DNA of 64,000 nucleotides from positions 15,626 to 79,625 of the forward strand of contig JBAQGA010000189.1 of NCBI GenBank assembly GCA_049287565.1, given 5' to 3'. How positions within the stretch are numbered: position 1 is the first letter of the stretch; every line of letters starts with the position of its first letter. Under the pieces are notes generated by a model. That model made no database searches. It saw nothing but the letters and a program-made list of their open reading frames with translations, and had not been told where the DNA came from. A program made the translations under genes and the position numbers. Origin of the DNA: Candidatus Aminicenantales bacterium. GTDB lineage: Bacteria; Acidobacteriota; Aminicenantia; Aminicenantales; UBA8522. Below, in pieces: positions 1 through 9,777 of this stretch.

Positions 1-1
1 C

Positions 2-1879
2 TGGGCGCCCTGGTACACGCTCCACAAGATCATGGCCGGACTGCTCGATATGTACATCTATTGCGGGAATAAACAGGCGCTCGATGTCCTCACCGGGATG
101 GCCGCCTGGACGAAGGCGCGGATGGACAAGCTCGATGACGAAGCGATGCAACGGATGCTCAAGGTGGAACACGGCGGGATGACCGAAGTCCTGGCCAACC
201 TTTATGCCGTTACCGCAAACCCTGACCACCTCGCTTTGGCCCGGCGTTTCGATCACAAGGCCTTCCTCGATCCGCTGGCCGCCGGCCGCGACGAGCTCAA
301 AGGTCTTCATGTCAACACCCAGGTTCCCAAGGTGCTCGGGGCCGCCAGGGAGTACGAGCTGACCGGAGAGGAATTTTATCGTGATGTCGCCACCTACTTC
401 TGGGACGAAGTGGTCAACCATCGCTCTTACGTGACCGGCGGGACGAGCAACTACGAAGCCTGGCGGACCGACCCGGATGTCCTGGCCGCTGAAGTGAGCA
501 ACGCCAGCCACGAGACCTGCGTCACCTACAACATGCTCAGGCTCACGCGCCAGCTTTTCACCTGGAGCGCCGACCCGAAGCTCGCCGACTACTACGAGCG
601 CGCTCTGTTTAACGGTATTCTCTCGACCCAGGACCCGGCGACCGGCATGGTGATGTACTACGTGCCGATGGAATCCGGGTGGTACAAGACCTTCTGCACG
701 CCCAGCGATTCCTTCTGGTGCTGCACCGGCACGGGCGTCGAGAACCACGCCAAATACGGCGACAGCATCTATTTCCACGACGAGAACGCCCTTCTTGTCA
801 ATCTTTTCATCGCCAGCGAACTCGACTGGCCGGAGAAAGGTTTGATCATCCGGCAGGAAACAAATTTCCCGGAGGAGGAGAGGACTTCGCTCCATTTCAA
901 TTGTCAGAATGATGTCAACATCGAAGTGCGGATCCGGGTGCCTGACTGGGCAACCCGGGGTGTCGAGGTGAGGATCAACAATGAGCCTCAGATGGTCTCC
1001 GCCCGGCCGGGGAGCTATCTGACCATCGCCCGCACCTGGAAGAACGGCGACCGATTGACCCTGCGAACGCCGCTGCCGCTCCATCTCTGGCGGATGCCGG
1101 ACGACCCGAATATCGCGGCTGTCGTGTGCGGGCCGATCGTCCTGGCCGGAGAGCTCCCAACGGATGAATTGGCCAAGGAGAGAGTCTACGGACCTTATCA
1201 TGCTGACGGAAGGCCCGCCCCCGCTCCCGATCTCGTTCCCCCGGCTGAGAACCTCGAGGATTGGATAAAACCGCTCGCAGGCCGCCCATTGACCTTCCGA
1301 ATCTTCGGTGCCGGACGGCCGGACGATGTAACGCTCGTTCCTTTTTATACTCTTTTTGGGAAGCGCTATGCGCTCTATTGGAATTTCTATAGCGAAAAAA
1401 ATTGGGCTGAGGTCGAGGCCAAGCGTCGGACCCGTGCCGCCGAGGAAGCGGTCCGCCAGATCGCTATCCAGAAGCGACTGGTCGACCGGGTGGTGATCGG
1501 CCAGCCCGAATCGGAAAAAGAACACAACCTCCAATCTGAGAAGAGCTCTTCCGGGGAGCTCCGGGGAGAAAAATGGCGCCAGGCCGCTGACGGAGGCTGG
1601 TTCAGCTACGATGTCCGGGTCCTCCCCGGTCAACCCATGGTGCTTCTCTGCACCTACTGGGGAAGCGATGTCGGCCGCACCTTCGACATCCTCGTCGAGG
1701 GGACGAAAATCGCCACCCAGACGGTCAACGTGAACTTTCCCGGCGATTTCTTCGATGTGGAATATAAAATTCAGCCCGAGCTTGTTCGGGGAAAAGAAAA
1801 AGTCAGCGTCCGGTTTCAGGCTCCGGACGGAGGCACAGCGGGGGGCCTCTTCGGCTTGGTGATGCTCCGGGAAAGGTGA
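2..1879 (+). CDS. Glycoside hydrolase family 127 (DUF1680, HypBA1-like beta-L-arabinofuranosidase), 5' end cut by window edge
   Basis: Reading frame is open from nt 2 (WAPWYTLHKI...) so the gene starts upstream of the window; Cys-rich FWCCTGTGVENH motif typical of GH127 Zn/Cys active-site region; 615+ aa. Confidence 0.7.
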   Translation, partial: WAPWYTLHKIMAGLLDMYIYCGNKQALDVLTGMAAWTKARMDKLDDEAMQRMLKVEHGGMTEVLANLYAVTANPDHLALARRFDHKAFLDPLAAGRDELKGLHVNTQVPKVLGAAREYELTGEEFYRDVATYFWDEVVNHRSYVTGGTSNYEAWRTDPDVLAAEVSNASHETCVTYNMLRLTRQLFTWSADPKLADYYERALFNGILSTQDPATGMVMYYVPMESGWYKTFCTPSDSFWCCTGTGVENHAKYGDSIYFHDENALLVNLFIASELDWPEKGLIIRQETNFPEEERTSLHFNCQNDVNIEVRIRVPDWATRGVEVRINNEPQMVSARPGSYLTIARTWKNGDRLTLRTPLPLHLWRMPDDPNIAAVVCGPIVLAGELPTDELAKERVYGPYHADGRPAPAPDLVPPAENLEDWIKPLAGRPLTFRIFGAGRPDDVTLVPFYTLFGKRYALYWNFYSEKNWAEVEAKRRTRAAEEAVRQIAIQKRLVDRVVIGQPESEKEHNLQSEKSSSGELRGEKWRQAADGGWFSYDVRVLPGQPMVLLCTYWGSDVGRTFDILVEGTKIATQTVNVNFPGDFFDVEYKIQPELVRGKEKVSVRFQAPDGGTAGGLFGLVMLRER

Positions 1880-1883
1880 TAAA

Positions 1884-3959
1884 ATGAGAGCCATTATTCG
1901 ATCGATCGATGAGGAGGCTGACCAGATGAGAGTGAAAACTTGGCTTTTGACCATTGGCCTCGGGATGTTTCTTGTTCTGTCGCAGATATCGTGTCAGAAG
2001 AACGGGAGAACGGATTATCCTTACAGCGCTGTTCCTCTGGCGGCGGTCGAGCTCATCGACACATTCTGGGCGCCCCGCCTCGAGACCAACCGGGCGGTGA
2101 CGGTCCCGTTCGCCCTCGAGCAATCCGAGTCGACCGGCCGGATCAAGAACTTCGAGATCGCCGGCGGCGCCGCCCAGGGAACGTTCTGCTCGAAGTATCC
2201 TTTCGACGATTCCGATGTTTACAAGATCATCGAAGGCGCCGCTTATTTGCTGATGGTCCATCCGGACCCCGATCTCGAGAAAAAGGTCGACGAGACGATC
2301 GCCAAGATCGCCGCCGCCCAGGAGAAAGACGGCTATCTTTACACGGCCCGGACGATCGACCCGGCCCACCCGCCCGTCGATTGGGTGGGAGAGGGGCGGT
2401 GGTCAAACCTGTACATGAGCCATGAGCTCTATAACCTTGGCCATCTCTACGAGGCGGCGGTCGCCTACAACAGGGCGACGGGCAAAAAAAATCTCCTCAA
2501 TGTCGCTCTCAAGAGCGCGAACCTCGTTGACAGTGTCTTCGGTCCGGGAAAAAAACACGGGACCCCGGGTCACCAGGAGATCGAGATCGGACTGGTCAAG
2601 CTCTATCGCCTGACCGGGAAGAAAAAGTACCTCAACCTGGCCAAGTTCTTCCTGGACGAGCGGGGAAATTCCTCCGACCGCAAGCTCTACGGAGAATATT
2701 CCCAGGACCACAAGCCGATCGTCGACCAGACGGAGGCGGTCGGCCACGCCGTGCGGGCGATGTATATGTACTCCGGGATGACCGATGTGGCGGCCATCAC
2801 CGGGGACGAGGTCTACGTGCGTGCCCTGGACCGAATCTGGGATGATGTCGCCTATAAGAAGATGTATGTCACCGGCGGGATCGGGGCGGCCGGAGGGATC
2901 GAGGGCTTCGGCGCCGCTTACGACTTGCCCAATGCCACCGCCTATTGCGAGACCTGCGCCTCGATCGGCTATGTCCTCTGGAACTGGCGGATGTTTTTGC
3001 TAAAGGGCGATTCCCGGTACATCGATGTCCTGGAGCGAACACTCTATAATGCCTTCCTCTCGGGAGTCGGGATGAGCGGCGACCTTTTCTTCTATCCCAA
3101 CCCCCTCGAATCTTTCGGCCAGTATCGGCGCAGCCCTTGGTTCAACTGCGCCTGCTGTCCGAGCAACATCGTCCGCTTTGTGCCGGAGATCCCCGGATTC
3201 GTCTACGCGACCCGGGACGATTCCCTGTTCGTGAACCTATTCGTCTCCAGCCGGACGAGCCTCACCCTGGGGACCCGCATGGTCAGGGTCGAACAGCAGT
3301 CTCTCTATCCCTGGGAAGGTGAGGTCAAGATCATTCTTCACCCCGAGGAACCGGCCGATTTCGGCATCCATATCCGCGTCCCCGGATGGGCGGTCGGAAG
3401 GCCTGCGCCCGGAGACCTCTACCAGTACGCTGATTTTCAAGAAGGGGCGGTGACGGTGCGGGTTAACGGAGAAACCGTCACTCCGGAGCTCGAACAAGGC
3501 TACGTCCGTCTCAGGAGGACATGGAAGGACGGCGATGCGATCGAGGTCGGGTTCCCCATGCCTGTCCGGAGGATCGTGGCCAATGCTCTTGTCCAGGACG
3601 ATGCCGGAAAGGTCGCCTTGGAGCGCGGGCCGATCGTCTACTGCGCCGAATGGCCGGATAACAGTGGTCATGTCTCCAACCTTGTCCTGCTTGATGATAC
3701 CGTCTTGTCCGCCGAATACCGTGACGACCTGCTCAAAGGGGTGATGGTTGTCAAGGGAGAGGCCACGGCCCTTTCCGCCGGCCGCCGGGCCGGGCAGGTC
3801 GACCGGAGAAGACAGGAGTTTATCGCCATCCCATACTATGCCTGGGCCCACCGCGGGGAAGGTGAGATGACCATCTGGCTGCCCCGTGAAGAGTCGCTGG
3901 CCAGGCCGCTTCCCCGGCCGAGCATTGCTTCGACGAGCAAGGTCCGCGGGCCTTCATGA
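1884..3959 (+). CDS. Glycoside hydrolase family 127 (DUF1680) lipoprotein, second paralog
   Basis: NCACCPSNIVRF GH127 motif; N-terminal signal peptide with lipobox (LSQISC) if the start is the internal ATG at 1926 (GAGGAGG RBS); alternative ATG 1884 has AAGGTGA RBS. Confidence 0.7.
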   Translation: MRAIIRSIDEEADQMRVKTWLLTIGLGMFLVLSQISCQKNGRTDYPYSAVPLAAVELIDTFWAPRLETNRAVTVPFALEQSESTGRIKNFEIAGGAAQGTFCSKYPFDDSDVYKIIEGAAYLLMVHPDPDLEKKVDETIAKIAAAQEKDGYLYTARTIDPAHPPVDWVGEGRWSNLYMSHELYNLGHLYEAAVAYNRATGKKNLLNVALKSANLVDSVFGPGKKHGTPGHQEIEIGLVKLYRLTGKKKYLNLAKFFLDERGNSSDRKLYGEYSQDHKPIVDQTEAVGHAVRAMYMYSGMTDVAAITGDEVYVRALDRIWDDVAYKKMYVTGGIGAAGGIEGFGAAYDLPNATAYCETCASIGYVLWNWRMFLLKGDSRYIDVLERTLYNAFLSGVGMSGDLFFYPNPLESFGQYRRSPWFNCACCPSNIVRFVPEIPGFVYATRDDSLFVNLFVSSRTSLTLGTRMVRVEQQSLYPWEGEVKIILHPEEPADFGIHIRVPGWAVGRPAPGDLYQYADFQEGAVTVRVNGETVTPELEQGYVRLRRTWKDGDAIEVGFPMPVRRIVANALVQDDAGKVALERGPIVYCAEWPDNSGHVSNLVLLDDTVLSAEYRDDLLKGVMVVKGEATALSAGRRAGQVDRRRQEFIAIPYYAWAHRGEGEMTIWLPREESLARPLPRPSIASTSKVRGPS

Positions 3960-4047
3960 ATGGAAGGTAGATTGATAATTGAGCGGGCGGGAATGCGCCG
4001 CGACACCCATCCTATTGTCATCTTGAATGAGGGATTGGAGAAATAGC

Positions 4048-5748
4048 ATGGGAAAAAGGAAATTCGCGCTTGGGCTTGATTTCGGGACGAACTCCGTCCG
4101 GGCGCTCCTGGTCGACGTGGCCGACGGAGGAGAGTTGGCCACAGCGACCCACAATTACGAAACGGGCAGGGACGGGATCATCCTCGATTCCGCCGACCCC
4201 AACCTGGCGCGCCAGAACCCGGCCGATTACGTCCGCGGGACCGAGGCCGTCGTTCGATCGGTACTCTCCAAGGCAAAGAGAGCTGACCAGTCGTTCGATC
4301 CGTCCCGGATCATCGGTATCGGTGTTGACACGACCGGCTCCACTCCGCTTCCCGTGGACAACACCGGGACGCCGCTCGGCTTCCAAAAAAAATTCAAGAA
4401 CAATCCGAACGCCCAGGCCTGGCTCTGGAAGGACCACACCTCCTACGCCGAAGCGGCCATGATCACCGAGCTGGCAGCCGAGGAACATCCCGAGTACCTG
4501 GCGAAATGCGGGGGAACATATTCCTCGGAATGGTTCTTCAGCAAGATCTTTCACTGCCTGCGCGTTGATCCGGGGGTTTTCGACGCCGCCTCGAGCTGGG
4601 TGGAGTGCAGCGACTTCATCCCCGGTCTCCTCACCGGCATCACCGACCCCCTGGTCATGAAGAGAAGCCGCTGCGCCGCCGGCCACAAGGCCATGTTCAA
4701 CGACGCTTGGGGAGGGCTTCCGGCGGAGGATTTTCTGACCCGGCTTCACCCCAAGCTCGGCCGGCTCCGCCGGCGCCTCTATGAGAAGTCGTATTCGTCC
4801 GATAACGTCGCCGGAAAATTGACGCCGCAGTGGGCCCGCCGGACCGGCCTTCCGGCTGGACTGCCGGTCGCCGTCGGCGCCTTCGATGCCCACCTCGGGG
4901 CCGTCGGATCGGGAGCCCGGCCGGGCCGCCTGATCAAGATCATCGGGACGAGCACCTGCGATATCGCCGTCTGGCCCAACAGCCGGCCGCTGGCCGATAT
5001 CCCCGGGCTCTGCGGCATCGTCGACGGGTCGGTCCTGCCCGGCTATTTCGGGCTCGAAGCGGGGCAGTCGGCTGTGGGTGATATCTTCAACTGGTTTGTG
5101 AGCTATATCCGGCCCGGCGGCGCGGCCAAGGGCTCTCACCGGGTCCTGACGGCGGAAGCGGCCAAGCTCCGGCCCGGAGAATCCGGACTCCTCGCCCTCG
5201 ACTGGAACAACGGCAACCGGACCATCCTGGTGGACCAGCGGCTGACCGGCCTCCTTCTGGGTCAGACCCTCCACACCACACCGGGGGAGATCTACCGGAC
5301 GCTAATCGAGGCGACCGCCTTCGGCGCCCTGACCATCATCAACCGCTTCGAGGAATACGGCGTCAAGGTCTCCGAGATCATCAACTGCGGCGGTATCGCC
5401 GAGAAGAACGCGCTCCTGATGCAGATATACGCTGATGTGACCGGACGGGAGATGAAGATCGCCCGCTCCGGCCAGACCTGCGCCCTCGGTTCGGCTATCG
5501 CCGGTGCCGTGGTTGCCGGAAAGGCCAAAGGCGGGTATGATAGTTTCGGCGCGGCTCAGAGGGTCATGTGCGGGATCAAGCCCAGGAGTTTTCGGCCGAA
5601 CAGGGAAGCCCATAGAACTTACAGAGACTTGCATAAGCTCTACGCCCAGCTCCACGATGCCTTCGGCACGAAGACGTGGTCGGGAAACCTGCACAACGTG
5701 ATGAAAGACCTTCTGGCCGTCCGGGACCGGCAGAGAAGGAGCGGCTGA
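4048..5748 (+). CDS. araB: L-ribulokinase (FGGY carbohydrate kinase family)
   Basis: KFALGLDFGTNSVRALLVD N-terminal FGGY motif, ~565 aa, AraB-like throughout; GGAG RBS before ATG 4048; stop overlaps araD start (ATGA at 5746-5750). Confidence 0.85.
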   Translation: MGKRKFALGLDFGTNSVRALLVDVADGGELATATHNYETGRDGIILDSADPNLARQNPADYVRGTEAVVRSVLSKAKRADQSFDPSRIIGIGVDTTGSTPLPVDNTGTPLGFQKKFKNNPNAQAWLWKDHTSYAEAAMITELAAEEHPEYLAKCGGTYSSEWFFSKIFHCLRVDPGVFDAASSWVECSDFIPGLLTGITDPLVMKRSRCAAGHKAMFNDAWGGLPAEDFLTRLHPKLGRLRRRLYEKSYSSDNVAGKLTPQWARRTGLPAGLPVAVGAFDAHLGAVGSGARPGRLIKIIGTSTCDIAVWPNSRPLADIPGLCGIVDGSVLPGYFGLEAGQSAVGDIFNWFVSYIRPGGAAKGSHRVLTAEAAKLRPGESGLLALDWNNGNRTILVDQRLTGLLLGQTLHTTPGEIYRTLIEATAFGALTIINRFEEYGVKVSEIINCGGIAEKNALLMQIYADVTGREMKIARSGQTCALGSAIAGAVVAGKAKGGYDSFGAAQRVMCGIKPRSFRPNREAHRTYRDLHKLYAQLHDAFGTKTWSGNLHNVMKDLLAVRDRQRRSG

Positions 5749-6452
5749 TGCTCAGCGGCTTGAAAGAACAGGTCTGGCAGGCGAATCTGGACCTGGTGAG
5801 ATTCAACCTCGTGGCCCTCACCTTCGGCAACGCCAGCGGGCTGGACAGGCAGCGGGGGATCGTGGCCATCAAGCCCAGCGGCATCTCTTTTGAAGAGATG
5901 AAGCCCGCGGACATCGTTCTGGTGGACCTGGAAGGGAAGCGGGTCGAGGGCCGGCTGAGGCCCTCCTCCGACACACCCTCGCATCTCGAGATATACCGGG
6001 CTTTTGCCGGGATCGGGGGGATCGCTCATACCCACAGCGAGTACGCCACGGCATTCGCCCAGGCCGGCCGGGAGATCCCTTGTCTCGGCACGACCCATGC
6101 GGACGTATTCCACGGGGCCGTCCCGGTGACGCGAGCCATGAGGCCGGCCGAGGTCAGGAAAGATTACGAACGCAGCACCGGCAAGGTGATCGTCGAACGG
6201 TTCCGCAAGCTGGACCCGATCGACGTGCCCGGTGTTCTCGTGGTTTCGCACGGGCCATTCACCTGGGGGAAGGATGCCGCCGAGGCCGTACGAACCGGCC
6301 TGCTTCTGGAAAGGATCGCCAAAATGGCCCTGCTGACGCGGCTGCTCAAGCCCGGCGGGGTCCGTTTCCAGCGTTCTCTTTTGGACAAACATTTCCTTAG
6401 AAAACACGGGCCCGGAGCGTATTACGGGCAACGAATCGGAGGAAAGAGATGA
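5748..6452 (+). CDS. araD: L-ribulose-5-phosphate 4-epimerase (class II aldolase/adducin fold)
   Basis: 235 aa, FGNASGLDR...IKPSGI...HTHSEYATAF class II aldolase motifs; ATG overlaps araB stop; stop overlaps next ATG (ATGA at 6449-6452). Confidence 0.85.
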   Translation: MLSGLKEQVWQANLDLVRFNLVALTFGNASGLDRQRGIVAIKPSGISFEEMKPADIVLVDLEGKRVEGRLRPSSDTPSHLEIYRAFAGIGGIAHTHSEYATAFAQAGREIPCLGTTHADVFHGAVPVTRAMRPAEVRKDYERSTGKVIVERFRKLDPIDVPGVLVVSHGPFTWGKDAAEAVRTGLLLERIAKMALLTRLLKPGGVRFQRSLLDKHFLRKHGPGAYYGQRIGGKR

Positions 6453-7927
6453 AGAACATCCCGAAGTTGAAATTGGGCCTCATCGCCGTCAGCCGCGATT
6501 GCTTCCCGGTCGGTCTGTCGCGGAAGAGACGGGTCCAGGTGGCCCGGGAATGCCGGGCGAAGAAAATCCCGGTCATCGAGCTCCAGACCATCGTCGAGAA
6601 CGAGACCGATGTCCTCCAGGCCGAGCGGGAGCTGGAGGAGAAGGGAGTCAACGCCCTGGTCATCTTCCTCGGCAATTTCGGTCCCGAGGGTCCGGCCACG
6701 CTCCTGACCCAGAAGTTCGACGGTCCGGTGATGCTGGCCGCCGCCGCCGAAGAGACGGGCGAGGACCTGGTCGGCGGCCGCGGGGACGCCCTCTGCGGTT
6801 TGCTCAATGTGAGCTACAACGTCGGGCTGAGGCGCCTCCATCCCTATATCCCCGAGTACCCAGTGGGGAATGCCGCCGAAGTGGCCGAGATGATCGCCGG
6901 CTTCCTGCCGGTCGCCAGGATCATTCTGGGCTTGAAGAAGCTCAAAATTTTCTCCTTCGGCCCGCGGCCGCAGGACTTCCTGGCCTGCAATGCGCCGATC
7001 AAGGCCCTCTATGACATCGGTGTCGAGGTCATGGAGAACAGCGAGCTCGACCTATACGATATCTTTCTCTCGGCCAAGGGCGACCCCAGGATAAAAGCGG
7101 TCGCCCGGGACATGGCCAGGGAGCTCGGGCCGGGCCTGGCCTATCCCGACCTTCTCGCCAAGCTGGCTCGATATGAAGTCGCCCTGGTTAAATTTATGGG
7201 TGCCCATCTCGGTGCCTCCGAGTACGGTGTTTTTGCCAACAAGTGCTGGCCGGCCTTCGAAAAATATTTCGGCTTCGTTCCCTGCTATGTCAATTCGCGC
7301 CTGGCGGCGAGGGGAGTCCCGGTCTCCTGCGAGGTCGATATCTACGGCGCGCTGAGCGAGTACATGGCGATCTGCGCGACTGAACTGCCGGCGACCCTGC
7401 TCGACATCAACAACTCCGTACCCGGGGATATGTTCGCGGCCTCGCGGAAACGCCTCGGCTCCTACCGGCTGACCGACCTGTTCATGGGCTTCCACTGCGG
7501 CAACACGCCCTCGGTCTGCCTGATCGCCGGAGCCCTCAAGTATCAGCTCATCATGCATCGCCTGATGGAGGGCGGCAAGGAGCCGGATATCACCCGCGGT
7601 ACCATGGAAGGCCGTATCCGTCCCGGCGAGGTCACCATCTTCCGTCTCCAGTCCACTGCGGATACAAGACTCCAGTCTTACGTGGCCGAGGGAGAGGTGC
7701 TCGATATCGATCCCCGGTCGTTCGGCAGCATCGGGGTGTTCGGCATCCGGGAAATGGGGCGGTTCTACCGCCACGTCTTGATCGAAAAAAGATTCCCGCA
7801 TCACACCGCCGTCGCCTTTAAGCACTCCGGCCGGCCGCTCGTCGCCGCCGTGCGGATGCTGGGAGTGGAGGAGGTCTATTTCAACCGGCCGGCGAACCTG
7901 CCGTACCCGACCGAATTCCCCTTTTGA
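6449..7927 (+). CDS. L-fucose/L-arabinose isomerase family protein (putative non-canonical L-arabinose isomerase)
   Basis: 492 aa; N-terminal region resembles FucI/AraA-family isomerases (COG2407-like); translationally coupled to araB-araD; not the E. coli-type AraA sequence. Confidence 0.55.
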   Translation: MKNIPKLKLGLIAVSRDCFPVGLSRKRRVQVARECRAKKIPVIELQTIVENETDVLQAERELEEKGVNALVIFLGNFGPEGPATLLTQKFDGPVMLAAAAEETGEDLVGGRGDALCGLLNVSYNVGLRRLHPYIPEYPVGNAAEVAEMIAGFLPVARIILGLKKLKIFSFGPRPQDFLACNAPIKALYDIGVEVMENSELDLYDIFLSAKGDPRIKAVARDMARELGPGLAYPDLLAKLARYEVALVKFMGAHLGASEYGVFANKCWPAFEKYFGFVPCYVNSRLAARGVPVSCEVDIYGALSEYMAICATELPATLLDINNSVPGDMFAASRKRLGSYRLTDLFMGFHCGNTPSVCLIAGALKYQLIMHRLMEGGKEPDITRGTMEGRIRPGEVTIFRLQSTADTRLQSYVAEGEVLDIDPRSFGSIGVFGIREMGRFYRHVLIEKRFPHHTAVAFKHSGRPLVAAVRMLGVEEVYFNRPANLPYPTEFPF

Positions 7928-7981
7928 TATAAACGCACCCAGCATTGGGTCATTGCAAGGAACGCACTGACGAAGCAATCC

Positions 7982-7995
7982 CCCCCCGCGGGGGG
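7982..7995. repeat. Perfect 14-nt palindrome CCCCCCGCGGGGGG in the araA-like / dehydrogenase intergenic region
   Basis: Read directly: a C-run, GC, a G-run; lies 55 nt after the isomerase stop; no U-tract follows. Confidence 0.6.
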
Positions 7996-8024
7996 CGGGC
8001 TGAGAGAAAAGTTAAGACGGGAAG

Positions 8025-9059
8025 ATGAAGGCAGCGGTTCTTACGGGACTCCGTCGCGTCGAAATCCGGGAGGTCCCTCATCCGCTCTTGAAGAGTGACA
8101 CCGATGTGCTCATCCGGGTCGGCGCCATCGGCCTCTGCGGCTCGGACATTCATTATTATGCGGAGGGAAGGATCGGCGACCAGGTCGTGGAATACCCTTT
8201 CATTGTCGGCCACGAATGCGCCGGCACGGTCCTAAAGACCGCTCCCTCGGTCCGGGACCTGAAACCCGGGGACCGCGTCGCCGTCGACCCGGCAGTCGTC
8301 TGCGGCGTCTGTGACCAGTGCCTCGCCGGACGGCCGAACACCTGCCGCCGCCTCCTCTATCTCGGAACGCCGGGCCAGGCTTCCGGCGCCCTCTGCGAGT
8401 TCATCGTCATGCCGGAGCAAAATTGCCACCCCTTGCCCGAAGGCTTGTCCCTGGAGGAAGGCGTCCTCGTCGAGCCTATGAGCATCGCCCTCCATGGGAT
8501 GAGGATGGCAGGGGAGCCTGCACCGAAGACCGTCGCCGTCCTCGGTGCCGGGCCGATCGGCCTGAGTGTTGTCCTGGCCGCCCGGGCGGCCGGAGTCCAG
8601 ACGATCTACGTCACCGACAAGATTGAGGAAAGAGTGCAGGCTTCCCGGAAAGCGGGAGCGGCCTGGGCGGGTAACCCCGATCGGGAGGATATCGTCGAGG
8701 CTATCGGCAGGCTCTCACCCGGGCAGGTCGACGCGGTCTTTGAATGTTGCGGCGATCAGTCCGCCCTTAACCAGGCGGTCGCCCTCCTCAAACCCGGCGG
8801 CCGTCTCCTCATTATCGGTATCCCGGCCGTCGACCGAGTTTCCTTCGACATCCATTCCCTGCGGCGCAAGGAGCTTTCCCTCCACAACGTTCGCCGGCAA
8901 AGAGACTGTATTCGGGACACCATCGACCTCATTAGAAACAAGCAGGTGGAGGTGCGCTTCATGGCTACGCACACCTTCCGGATAGAGGATTCCCAAAAAG
9001 CCTTCGAGCTGGCCGCCGGCTGTCGCGACGGCATCATCCGGGCGGTCGTTCACCCCTGA
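8025..9059 (+). CDS. Zn-dependent alcohol/polyol dehydrogenase (MDR family, sorbitol/xylitol dehydrogenase-like)
   Basis: GHECAG catalytic Zn motif, CGVCDQC structural Zn motif, GAGPIGL Rossmann motif; 344 aa. Confidence 0.8.
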   Translation: MKAAVLTGLRRVEIREVPHPLLKSDTDVLIRVGAIGLCGSDIHYYAEGRIGDQVVEYPFIVGHECAGTVLKTAPSVRDLKPGDRVAVDPAVVCGVCDQCLAGRPNTCRRLLYLGTPGQASGALCEFIVMPEQNCHPLPEGLSLEEGVLVEPMSIALHGMRMAGEPAPKTVAVLGAGPIGLSVVLAARAAGVQTIYVTDKIEERVQASRKAGAAWAGNPDREDIVEAIGRLSPGQVDAVFECCGDQSALNQAVALLKPGGRLLIIGIPAVDRVSFDIHSLRRKELSLHNVRRQRDCIRDTIDLIRNKQVEVRFMATHTFRIEDSQKAFELAAGCRDGIIRAVVHP

Positions 9060-9099
9060 AAAAAGGCATCCTTGGGAGCGTATCCAAGAGGAGGATCAG

Positions 9100-9777
9100 A
9101 TGACTTATGAAGACATTGCCGGGATGATCGACCATTCTCTGCTCAAGCCCCACCTGACGGACCGGGAGATCGAGGAGGGCTGCCGCATCGCCAACGAGTA
9201 CAAAGTGGCCGCAGTTTGCGTCCGGCCGAGCGATGTCCGGCGGGCGGCCGAGATCTTGCGGGACAGCCCGGTCCGGGTGACGACCGTCATCGGTTTTCCC
9301 CACGGCTCGACGACGACGGCCGCCAAGGTCTGCGAAGCTGAAGAGGCCATCCGCAACGGTGCCGTCGAGCTCGACGTTGTCCTCAATATCGGCAAGCTCA
9401 AATCCAAAGACCATGATTATGTCAAAGCCGATCTCGAAGCCGTGACCGCCGCCGCCCACGATCGGAACGTCATCGTCAAGGTCATCTTCGAAAATGGCTA
9501 CCTGGATGACGGGGAGAAGATCGCCGCCTGCCGGATCGCGAGTGAGGTCGGCGTCGATTTTGTCAAGACAGCGACAGGATTCGGTCCGGGCGGGGCGGAG
9601 GATCGCGACCTGAAACTGATGAGAGAATACACCATCCCCTCTATCAAGCTCAAGGCGGCCGGGGGGATCAGGACGCTGGAGAGGGCGATCGAGGTCCGGG
9701 AACTGGGATGCAGCCGCATCGGCGCCACGGCCACGGTGGCCATTTTGGATGCCCTTAGAGAGAGGGGGGCGGTCTAG
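9100..9777 (+). CDS. deoC: Deoxyribose-phosphate aldolase
   Basis: 225 aa; MIDHSLLKP...VCV...KTATGF motifs typical of DeoC; GAGGAGG RBS. Confidence 0.85.
   Translation: MTYEDIAGMIDHSLLKPHLTDREIEEGCRIANEYKVAAVCVRPSDVRRAAEILRDSPVRVTTVIGFPHGSTTTAAKVCEAEEAIRNGAVELDVVLNIGKLKSKDHDYVKADLEAVTAAAHDRNVIVKVIFENGYLDDGEKIAACRIASEVGVDFVKTATGFGPGGAEDRDLKLMREYTIPSIKLKAAGGIRTLERAIEVRELGCSRIGATATVAILDALRERGAV

Noticed and set aside
3960-4047. Possible AraR/GntR-type operator between the second GH127 gene and araB
   Set aside because: No clear inverted repeat of the known AraR box type and no regulator gene in the window; insufficient evidence.
4018-5274. 418-aa ORF on the minus strand antisense to araB
   Set aside because: Low-complexity Pro/Arg/Gly/Asp-rich translation typical of antisense frames in GC-rich DNA; fully overlapped by a well-supported araB in the opposite strand.
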